A stretch of 52,497 bases of DNA, from NCBI GenBank assembly GCA_013911465.1, contig JACETE010000002.1, forward strand, positions 1 to 52,497, read 5' to 3'. Of the stretch, positions 46,201 through 52,497 are shown piece by piece. Within the stretch, counting starts at the first letter, position 1. The number at the start of each line of letters is the position of its first letter. A program made the translations under genes and the position numbers. A model generated the notes under the pieces. It saw nothing but the letters and a program-made list of their open reading frames with translations. It was not told the origin of the DNA and searched no databases. This DNA comes from Candidatus Poseidoniales archaeon. Its GTDB lineage: Archaea; Thermoplasmatota; Poseidoniia; Poseidoniales; Poseidoniaceae.

Positions 46201-48695
46201 ACCCCGGTTACAATACAATGCGACTTGTTCTCGATGGAAATTCCCCACTTGTTCTCGGTGTAACACCTTCTGACCGTCAAGAGCGCCATGTTGGGCCTCC
46301 TGCACCCGGTGGCCAATCCGTTACTGTGAACATTCAGGACAGTGTTGACCCTCCTTCCCAAATCAGCCTTCACTATTGGGTTGGTTGTAAATCAACAGTC
46401 GCCATTGGATGTCACGACTTCAACTTTGATGGCATGCCACAAGAAGATGAATACGCTGAGAAGATCCTGTCTTCACCTGATACCATTGCGGGTGGATTGA
46501 ACATCTTCAGTGGACTCATTGATGATTCGATGCTCGTTCATGGGCAGGTAGTTTCGATGTACATCAGTGGAAAAGATGGACAACAAAATCAAGTTGCTAT
46601 GGGAGGAGGTCCTGTCTGTCCTCCATCTCCACAAGTCTGTGGATATGCTCCTGGACAAGTTATGCCCAATTGGGATGCAGACGTTTCGACCTACCAAATC
46701 CGTCAAGAATTTGAGCCAGTTGTCGATCTCACCAACTCAAGCATCATTGGTCATGAGGATGAACAACCGCTTCATCCAGGCGTGATGTACACTGCTCAAG
46801 TTGTACTTTCTGACCGCAACGGTTGGGATGATATCCAATTTGTTCAGTTCGCACTTGGAGAGGATGTCAATGATGAGGAAACTTCAATCTTCATTCAACT
46901 TGAAGAGGACGAGAATGGTATGCCAAAGGCAAGACTTGAGTCTGGTGGCGAATACATTGCTGTCTCAAACCTCTATTCACAAGTCTCAACATTTGGTGAT
47001 GATGAGAATCAACTCCTCATCCGAGCACGATTCCAACTGACATGGTCCTTCCCAGAATCATACGATACGAACGGTGATGAGCACTTTATTCCAATCCTAA
47101 AGGTTACAGATAAACCGTGCAATGAAGGAGAAACTACTCCATGTTATTCGAAGATCAGTGGACTTGGATCCAACGCATGGAGTCTCGATAACGACTTCCG
47201 CTTCTATACCGAGCCAGGTCATATCAAGGCTGTTGAACTTCGTGATGGTACAAATCATTACAACGATGAATCTGAAGAGACTTTGATCGGTAGTGGACAA
47301 GCATTGCGTGTTACAGGCCGTGTTCTGTTCAGTGAAGATGAAACTCCCGCACCACCTGGTTCGTTTGATGTTGTCTTTGGTGACTTTGATCACGTGTGGA
47401 AAACTTCTCCTCGAGAGAACGGTGAGTTCAGTCTCGATTTGTTGGTTCCATCCGTCAATTCTGGTCACCTTGATTTGAGACTGCGACTTGATGATCTACC
47501 TGGTTTGGCACAAGATGAGACCGACCCTCTGCCTCGAGTTCGATTTGCAGTCGACAGTTCGAACCCAACCATTGAGACGGTCATGTTGAACGAAGTTCCA
47601 GCAGGTTCTCCTCTCTCCATTGGTGAGGCGAATTCACTCCAAGTTATGCTTGAGACTGTTGACGACAACGGTTTCGATTTGGATAACCCGGCAGTCTTGC
47701 ATTACAGGATTCGAGCAGGAGAGGCTGAAATTTCACGTGGAGCAACTGCTTTACCTGAAACTCTTCCTTTCGGAGATCAGTTCTTTTGGACAGGTGAAAT
47801 TGACCTGACCGATATGGGTGCCACCACATTGCTCCCATCCTACGTTGTCGACATATGGGTTTCCGGTTCCGATGCAACTGGTAATCCGTTTGAGACGCAG
47901 AACAACAACATCGACGAACCGTTTGCAACTTGGCCGCTTTCGTTGCTCGGTCCGAGTATTTCCTTCGACCATCCTGAGACGGATATCGGATGGAGTAATC
48001 CAAGTCCAACCCAAGGAGAAGCTTCCGAACTTGAAATCAGCGTCCTCAACGAAGGTGGTAAGGGAGATGTAGCATTTATCCTCCAACGATTGGTCAATGA
48101 TGGAAACTGGAATGAGGAAGCCAACACATCACTCCCTGTTTCTGCTGGAATAACTGCAGTAGCCACAATTTCCGTTGTTGCAGAAGTCGAACCAGGCGAA
48201 TCTCAAGCCTACAGACTTCTCGTCCTTGTGGATGGGGTTGAAATGGATCGTTACAATGTTGATCCACTCATCGTCAAGAAAGACACTGCTCGAGATGGAA
48301 GCGCACTTGCTCAGCAAGCGAGTGATGGCCAATTTGCAATATTCATGTACATTGTGGCCGTTGTATCGCTGTCTGCCTTCCTGTGGATGCTGGTCATGTA
48401 TCGTAAGATGAAGTACGGTGACGATGATGAATTCGAAGCCGATCAAACCGATGTAGTTGCAGAGGAAATGGAAATCAAGACAGTTCCAGAGCTCAAACTT
48501 GATCCAGTTCCAGCACCTATCCCAGTTCCTGCTCCTGTTGCTGCTCCAACGCCCAAGCCAGCTGCGCCTGCTGGTCAGTTGGATCCTCGCGGTATAGCAC
48601 CTCTTCCACCAACTGGTCTTCCAGAAGGTTGGACTCAGGAGCAATGGAACCACTTTGGATGGCAATACATTGAGGGATTCTCAGCAAAGAAGTAG
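43299..48695 (+). CDS. Giant (1798 aa) surface protein: signal peptide, propeller-like N-region, Ig/CARDB-like modules, C-terminal TM and a Pro-rich cytoplasmic tail
   Basis: Signal-like N-terminus IAVVLLALFVGMSFSPLSELWIEEAEA. A CARDB-like stretch is EASELEISVLNEGGKGDVAFILQ...EPGESQAYRLLV. TM segment FAIFMYIVAVVSLSAFLWMLVMY (from about 48333). Tail is DDDEFEADQ... PVPAPIPVPAPVAAPTPKPAAP ... GLPEGWTQEQWNHFGWQYIEGFSAKK. Confidence 0.85.
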   Translation: MSVNAVSQRSIAVVLLALFVGMSFSPLSELWIEEAEAAEVARHTYEFSDGTTEYIALYQGGNADSGAKIALPKGAQVTDVQMTLSGASATGWSSIPTNTREHWVAGEATNTDNQSADLTLAMANSSHEFNAHGLDEDVNPSSTAWLDNGTYAVRQPHTSNSTDALFSQQLKLSPNSLNAQGQGAILRHHDWLYLSTWSSTSFHNIVHRLHPNNGTRESVITLDQNGCTLPTKHSSSYYGQWGFRDWVVTDDERLFAILSGYKYFYTSTANTMYHRIIEFDISNEKEWTCLNSYQPQGNGDYTGITYDPVDETIWVLHNQNRRIQSYTISSTGDMERGGDYFTFQTSTSSIWQCGVSNQQARGLEMNQTHFFMRCQDGNYYNDRDQLESWGRSGSATALIPENTVRSISSLGYGLFYDGRRFITVDSGYSTWSSSPSYHEFGTSWQYKTTPAPGTTTWLGPVIETADDVLSVNMETLWSAASIGDRVDYWVSADNGTHWVSVESNTTVHFQHPGKELVWKATLIGSTAVSWWVDLEYATEYESSGTWISTAKPTGTKVGKVRPVWTATTHPATSISVQVSNDDGSTWQPAENLLETSFSTDGAGNVLRYAVTMTSTDPVKTPMMDSLELFYEEGYPDRPRIDVGGDGNFDWESILFLNESAIDVSDDSIVGVEVDYQPTLVDAFNDFIPDNGEGIVEVPLAIKAQTSGRVKITNIDIAYKMNTHAISAAFEGGMAAPDGIARNLILKVAHGDEVNFVTEVTASINNSRGDNPTFKWQQGDSCSTLNDAGGIVSFDTANCSSSLDQNDVRTIRVPLTVDWSWDDEAATEALLTVKDSLGTAVSNWETEGMELRIENDIQLDGLQVFDEDGRQLFVQDWVRGGQNLSFLGKIHFQSSQLSPLAGEFDLRVLGQNVTYDGDPIGQPVVLAEESNPNFGSYNLTFTSPIESSPGGMVFSVEAINLPNGSTFTNPGYNTMRLVLDGNSPLVLGVTPSDRQERHVGPPAPGGQSVTVNIQDSVDPPSQISLHYWVGCKSTVAIGCHDFNFDGMPQEDEYAEKILSSPDTIAGGLNIFSGLIDDSMLVHGQVVSMYISGKDGQQNQVAMGGGPVCPPSPQVCGYAPGQVMPNWDADVSTYQIRQEFEPVVDLTNSSIIGHEDEQPLHPGVMYTAQVVLSDRNGWDDIQFVQFALGEDVNDEETSIFIQLEEDENGMPKARLESGGEYIAVSNLYSQVSTFGDDENQLLIRARFQLTWSFPESYDTNGDEHFIPILKVTDKPCNEGETTPCYSKISGLGSNAWSLDNDFRFYTEPGHIKAVELRDGTNHYNDESEETLIGSGQALRVTGRVLFSEDETPAPPGSFDVVFGDFDHVWKTSPRENGEFSLDLLVPSVNSGHLDLRLRLDDLPGLAQDETDPLPRVRFAVDSSNPTIETVMLNEVPAGSPLSIGEANSLQVMLETVDDNGFDLDNPAVLHYRIRAGEAEISRGATALPETLPFGDQFFWTGEIDLTDMGATTLLPSYVVDIWVSGSDATGNPFETQNNNIDEPFATWPLSLLGPSISFDHPETDIGWSNPSPTQGEASELEISVLNEGGKGDVAFILQRLVNDGNWNEEANTSLPVSAGITAVATISVVAEVEPGESQAYRLLVLVDGVEMDRYNVDPLIVKKDTARDGSALAQQASDGQFAIFMYIVAVVSLSAFLWMLVMYRKMKYGDDDEFEADQTDVVAEEMEIKTVPELKLDPVPAPIPVPAPVAAPTPKPAAPAGQLDPRGIAPLPPTGLPEGWTQEQWNHFGWQYIEGFSAKK

Positions 48696-48705
48696 GGGCA
48701 GTCGA

Positions 48706-49146
48706 ATGTCGGCCACGGATTCCATGGTAACGCTTCAAGAGCGTATGGTTAACCTGATTGGTCAATTGACAATGCCTGTCGCAGAAGTAGCCCTTGTTCT
48801 TCAACACCACATACAAGGTTTGGTCAAATCCTTAACAGAGTACGCTTCAAAAACTGGGGTTTCGATTAACGATCGAGTTGCTCATCCCTGGCCAATTGAC
48901 ACATCAGAGGGAGAATCCTCGACTTCGCTTACATTTGATGTTGAAAAAGTTCTCAAGATTGTTGATCAAGATCGAATGGACATTCTTTCAACGTTAATTC
49001 GTGTCACTCTAGTTGAGACAGAAATGGACCTCGTTGAAGGTATTCTAGCACTTCGATCTTGGGAACAACTTGTCCGCCAACAACTTGCTGATGCAACAGG
49101 GCCAGGTCAGTTGTTCTCTCCTCTTGAATTGCCAGAGGAATGGTAA
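48706..49146 (+). CDS. Small acidic cytoplasmic hypothetical protein (146 aa) ending in ...LELPEEW
   Basis: The track ORF begins at 48655, inside the upstream gene. ATG 48706 lies 11 nt after the upstream stop and is preceded by a GGGG SD-like run. No TM segment and no recognisable motif. Confidence 0.55.
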   Translation: MSATDSMVTLQERMVNLIGQLTMPVAEVALVLQHHIQGLVKSLTEYASKTGVSINDRVAHPWPIDTSEGESSTSLTFDVEKVLKIVDQDRMDILSTLIRVTLVETEMDLVEGILALRSWEQLVRQQLADATGPGQLFSPLELPEEW

Positions 49147-49185
49147 CTTCGTGATATTTTAGAACAACCGGGGTGTGGGAAGAGT

Positions 49186-49974
49186 ATGAAGAGCAACAAG
49201 CTACTGGGGTTGTTTCTTTCTTGCTTGATGATTTCTATCCCTATGTCTGGATGTACTTCGGAATTGAAAGAAATACTCGGTGAATCGTGGGGAGTCCCCG
49301 GAGGACTTGCCCTCGCTTGCTTGCGTGATGATGCCTACAGGGAACTTGTCATTGAAATTGACCATGCTCCGGGCTACAATCCAGAATCATCGACGGTTAG
49401 CCTACTGAAAGAACGACTTGGGCAAGTATGTGACAAGCCAGATGGGATTCGAATCGAGTTGAATGAAGTCAACTTTGCAGAAACCTCTTCATGGACTGCA
49501 ACAAAAGTTCGTGAGATTGGTCACGAAACCATGGATGCACCTCCACAATCATCGGAACTTCGTTGGCATGTGATCATGCCCCAGGGCAAGTACTCAGATG
49601 ACAGTGTTCTCGGCGTTGCAGTCGATGCCTCTACAATCGCACTGTTCTCGGATTCCATCGATGATGCAACCTCCATCTTCAATCCGAGAATTTCCTCAGA
49701 GGATATCGAAAACAGCGTCATGGTTCACGAGTTTGGCCATCTCTTGGGATTGGTCAACCTCGTTTATACGTCACCTGCAGACCATGAAGATTCGGAACAC
49801 CCTGGACATTCAAACAACGAAGATTCTGTGATGTATTGGGCAGTGGAAACCGTATCCATCAGCGCATGGTTTGCAGGCGATTTGCCAACAGCCTTTGACC
49901 AAGACGACCTTAATGATATGGAAGGGATGAAGACTGGGGAAATTGCGACGAAGGATCAATTGTGGCGTCCCTAA
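49186..49974 (+). CDS. Putative lipoprotein zinc metallopeptidase (HExxH)
   Basis: 262 aa. The signal plus lipobox-like sequence is LLGLFLSCLMISIPMSGC. The zinc motif is VMVHEFGHLLGLVN, followed by a His/Asp/Glu-rich stretch ADHEDSEHPGHS and VMYW. Confidence 0.7.
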   Translation: MKSNKLLGLFLSCLMISIPMSGCTSELKEILGESWGVPGGLALACLRDDAYRELVIEIDHAPGYNPESSTVSLLKERLGQVCDKPDGIRIELNEVNFAETSSWTATKVREIGHETMDAPPQSSELRWHVIMPQGKYSDDSVLGVAVDASTIALFSDSIDDATSIFNPRISSEDIENSVMVHEFGHLLGLVNLVYTSPADHEDSEHPGHSNNEDSVMYWAVETVSISAWFAGDLPTAFDQDDLNDMEGMKTGEIATKDQLWRP

Positions 49975-50276
49975 GCAGAACGGGCAGTCGATACAATCAC
50001 TGTCGCATCTCGCCAAGCATCGTAGATGGACCATAGCCACAACGGGATGTACAAGACAATTGTCAATGCCAAAGGAATTTGCAACAATGTCCAATCGAAT
50101 GCCCGTTGGTGCTTTCGATTGAAATGTTGGCCTAGGAAGAGTCCAGGAATTGCTGCAAGGAGTGCGGCAAGTACTGGGCGAAAAGCTCCCCACATGCCGA
50201 CGCCGAGGAATATTTCTCTCCAAATTTCAGTAATGAGACGCCACGGTTTCATTTTGGATTGACCTGTTTCCCCCAT
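49971..50276 (-). CDS. Small hypothetical membrane protein (2 predicted TM)
   Basis: The track ORF 49971..50312 starts at a TTG. ATG 50276 is preceded by GGTGAGG (SD-like), and ATG 50252 is also possible. Hydrophobic segments are VLAALLAAIPGLFLG and LLQIPLALTIVLYIPLWLW. Its stop overlaps the convergent gene by 4 nt. Confidence 0.45.
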   Translation of the reverse strand: MGETGQSKMKPWRLITEIWREIFLGVGMWGAFRPVLAALLAAIPGLFLGQHFNRKHQRAFDWTLLQIPLALTIVLYIPLWLWSIYDAWRDATVIVSTARSA

Positions 50277-50364
50277 ACGCCTCACCGATAGGTTAGTGTT
50301 CGGGTTTGTCAATCTGTTGCCAATTTGTCAGCATAATCAAGAACATTGAACCATAGCATTACCC

Positions 50365-51348
50365 ATGCCAAGAGTCCTTCTCACTGGTTTTGGGCCATTT
50401 GGTAACCATGATGTGAATCCAACTGAAGGAATCGTGGAGTCATTTCCGTCCCTGATTCCGATAAAGAATCCATTTGGAAAAGGTTCCAGTGAAGTCTCCG
50501 TCGAAAAGCACATACTTACTGTCGATGAAATGGGATCTCAATGGGCTGCGAATGAATTGGATTCTCGTGAATGGGATGCTATTCTTCATCTCGGATTATG
50601 CGGAGAGTGCACACGCCCCAGAATCGAGGTTCGAGCCCAAGATAAACTCGACATGCGCATTCCAGATAATTCTGGTCGTCAAGTCAATGATGGGCGATTA
50701 AGTGATTCAGGAGATATACAGACACCCGTTCCCGTCAAGAAGTGGGGTATTGAGGATTGGGACATTGATGTCGAAATCTCGAATGATGCTGGATTGTTTA
50801 TCTGCAATGAGACATACTTTCGAACTCTTGAAGCGCTCAACACACATCAGTTCGCAATTCCATGTCTTTTCCTACACCTTCCCTCATCGGACCATTTATC
50901 CAAACAAGATGCATCAAAACTGGTTCGGCAAATGCTTGCTCATATGTTGTACAAGCCATCTATTCAGGTGGCTGCCGGTATGTTCACCTCAGAACATGGC
51001 TTCTTGGCCATGAAACGTGGAGAAAATGAACCCAAAGCAGGGAAATGGGAATTTCCAGGTGGGACCGTTGAATCCGATGAAACTCCAGAAGCTGCACTTT
51101 TGAGGGAACTCCACGAGGAATTGGGTCTTGATGCAACGGTAATCAAAAAGGCAGGTGTTTGGAGTCACAATTATCCCTTCATACATGTTCAAATCCATGG
51201 GTACATTGTAGAGTCATCAAATCTTGATGATCTCCAACTCAGAGTCCATAGTGAAATGAAGTGGATTTCAAGTCAAGATGATTTGAATTTGGACTGGTTG
51301 GAAGCGGACATCCCTATTGTCAAGGATCTTCTCAAAGATATTCACTGA
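50365..51348 (+). CDS. Fusion protein: pyroglutamyl-peptidase I (C15) domain + Nudix (MutT-like) hydrolase domain
   Basis: Pcp motifs are VLLTGFGPFGNHDVNPT, PRIEVRAQD (Glu), AGLFICNETYF (Cys) and LFLHLP (His). The Nudix box GTVESDETPEAALLRELHEELGL (Gx5Ex7REUxEExGU) is encoded at about 51061..51129. Confidence 0.8.
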   Translation: MPRVLLTGFGPFGNHDVNPTEGIVESFPSLIPIKNPFGKGSSEVSVEKHILTVDEMGSQWAANELDSREWDAILHLGLCGECTRPRIEVRAQDKLDMRIPDNSGRQVNDGRLSDSGDIQTPVPVKKWGIEDWDIDVEISNDAGLFICNETYFRTLEALNTHQFAIPCLFLHLPSSDHLSKQDASKLVRQMLAHMLYKPSIQVAAGMFTSEHGFLAMKRGENEPKAGKWEFPGGTVESDETPEAALLRELHEELGLDATVIKKAGVWSHNYPFIHVQIHGYIVESSNLDDLQLRVHSEMKWISSQDDLNLDWLEADIPIVKDLLKDIH

Positions 51349-51854
51349 TGCCAGGTTGAAACATCGCCACTGGGTTCCATCGATGACTCATCATGGAGTT
51401 GTCGCGGCACATTTTGTCGCCCCGAATGCCACGTACATGCTTCAATCCAATCTCCGAGACCCATTCCTGACAGTTCGATATCAAAACAACCTCCAAGAGG
51501 TATATCCTCGTGCGAGAATGAGACTTTTCCGGCAAAGGCAGCGAGGCGAGAAATCCGAAATGTGGTTGTTTGTCCATCGAGTCGAGTCCCCATTGCATCC
51601 ATAGCAGTATCAAGGATGGCTTGTTTGCGAATCTGTTCAAGAAACACCTCAAAAGAAAGGTGTTTACACTCAACGCTTCGGTATTGAGTAGTGGGGAACG
51701 TTTCGATCTCAAATTCGCCAATCTCTGCATCAGGAAACAGTGCTTGTATGGCTGATTTGATGTTGTTGACATCATCTCCTGGCCTTAGTTCTGTTCGCAA
51801 TGTAATCTCGATTCCTTCATCACGTCCGTTGTAGGTCAACGGCTTTAGGTCCAT
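51342..51854 (-). CDS. UPF0201/DUF54-like protein (COG1931, predicted RNA-binding)
   Basis: From ATG 51854 the protein reads MDLKPLTYNG...PGDDVNNIKSAIQALFPDAE...FLEQIRKQAILDTAMDAM...RISRLAAFAGKVSF...IPLGGCFDIEL...LGDWIEA. This resembles the family pattern (xEDxxKVxxAlxxlFP ... R.QRILD.AR ... NKQAAfvGkisF ... PLGpI). The longer track ORF (to 51995) would overlap the divergent GT2 gene. Confidence 0.55.
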   Translation of the reverse strand: MDLKPLTYNGRDEGIEITLRTELRPGDDVNNIKSAIQALFPDAEIGEFEIETFPTTQYRSVECKHLSFEVFLEQIRKQAILDTAMDAMGTRLDGQTTTFRISRLAAFAGKVSFSHEDIPLGGCFDIELSGMGLGDWIEACTWHSGRQNVPRQLHDESSMEPSGDVSTWHQ

Positions 51855-51933
51855 ACTCCGAGCAGGGAGAAACCGCTTTTCAACCTGCTTGTTGATGTGA
51901 AGTATCAAAACAGATTTGCAACAGAGCCAAACA

Positions 51934-52497
51934 ATGCGAACCTCAAAGCCATGGTTGGCAACAATCCTTCCAGTATTGAATGAGGGGGGACACATCGAGG
52001 CATGTTTGCAATCCCTTCTCTGTCAGTCAATTCCTTCAGATGAGCACATGATTGTAGTACTCGATGGCGGTTCAACAGATCAAACAAAAGAAATTGTTCA
52101 AACCATTCAAAACGGGCTCAACCACGATGAACAACCCTTGATACTATTGATTGACAATCCCAATCGATTCGTTCCGCATGCACGTAATCTTGCATTGCAA
52201 AACCTTCCTGATTCTGTGACTCATTTATTGGAATTCAATGGCCACATAGAAGCAGAACCTGATCATCTTTCCAAAATGAAAGATATTTGGCTTCGACTCG
52301 AAGAACATGATCCTTCGATTGCTGGACTTGGGTGCAAAGTTATTGGCTCACAAGGCGAACAAGGTACAGTGGAATCAATCATCGATTCGACACTCAGAAG
52401 TCCGTTTGGAGGCAGTACTGGACAATTTGCACTATTCGAAAACGAAGGCCCAACAAACGTTCCTGCATTTGCTCTCCATCGACGTTCGGCTCTGGAA
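51934..52497 (+). CDS. Family 2 (GT-A) glycosyltransferase, 3'-truncated by the window edge
   Basis: Absent from the track because no stop lies in the window. My translation from ATG 51934 is MRTSKPWLATILPVLNEGGHIEACLQSLLCQSIPSDEHMIVVLDGGSTDQTKEIV...LIDNPNRFVPHARNLAL... I checked the 188 codons by hand and found them open to position 52497. The strings ILPVLNE and DGGSTD are GT2 hallmarks. Confidence 0.75.
   Translation, partial: MRTSKPWLATILPVLNEGGHIEACLQSLLCQSIPSDEHMIVVLDGGSTDQTKEIVQTIQNGLNHDEQPLILLIDNPNRFVPHARNLALQNLPDSVTHLLEFNGHIEAEPDHLSKMKDIWLRLEEHDPSIAGLGCKVIGSQGEQGTVESIIDSTLRSPFGGSTGQFALFENEGPTNVPAFALHRRSALE

Noticed and set aside
1-52497. I looked for CRISPR arrays, rRNA genes, transposases/integrases, toxin-antitoxin pairs and restriction-modification genes.
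   Set aside because: I found no regularly spaced identical repeats of 24-40 nt. No ORF shows DDE, tyrosine- or serine-recombinase, Cas, methyltransferase or small TA-like motifs. The only DNA-level repeats I noticed are the 10-bp promoter boxes at 25740..25810 and degenerate coding repeats inside the TSP3 gene.

Overview
This looks like an archaeal chromosomal segment. The evidence is a CDP-archaeol synthase, an AglB/STT3-type oligosaccharyltransferase, three proteins with archaeal class-III (type IV pilin-like) N-termini, and a tRNA without an encoded CCA. A planktonic euryarchaeote of the Marine Group II / Poseidoniales type is my guess only and cannot be verified here.

Coding density is very high. 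I found no rRNA, CRISPR array, transposase or integrase.

The dominant theme is a cell-surface island. Five ORFs longer than 1250 aa cover 28,868 of 52,497 nt, about 55% of the window:
- a partial LTD x6 + PLD protein of more than 1257 aa
- a 3181-aa AglB fusion
- a 1466-aa beta-helix protein
- a 1916-aa TSP3-repeat protein
- a 1798-aa protein

Most of these have an N-terminal signal peptide, and three of the five also have a C-terminal TM anchor. They are interspersed with a membrane-anchored S8 subtilase, an HExxH lipoprotein and a GT2 glycosyltransferase.

Housekeeping genes sit between them: purD, carS, an HD-domain phosphohydrolase, tRNA-CAU, a Pcp-Nudix fusion and a UPF0201-like protein.

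The candidates I rate most worth a second look are:
1. The giant AglB, whose catalytic core lies between an extra polytopic N-terminal domain and a roughly 2100-aa sequon-rich extension that is anchored at its C-terminus.
2. A translationally coupled operon of three unusually large pilin-like proteins behind an MBL-fold hydrolase, convergent with a wHTH-STAND-TPR NTPase.
3. Four phased TGATAYT direct repeats in the AT-rich promoter of the surface-protein/STAND gene pair.
4. A shared cytoplasmic tail (acidic, then Pro-rich, then Trp motif) on two giant surface proteins.
5. A minus-strand operon encoding an OB-like repeat protein, a TctA-like permease and a secreted LTD-PLD protein.

All family assignments rest on motifs read by eye. 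No database search was run.
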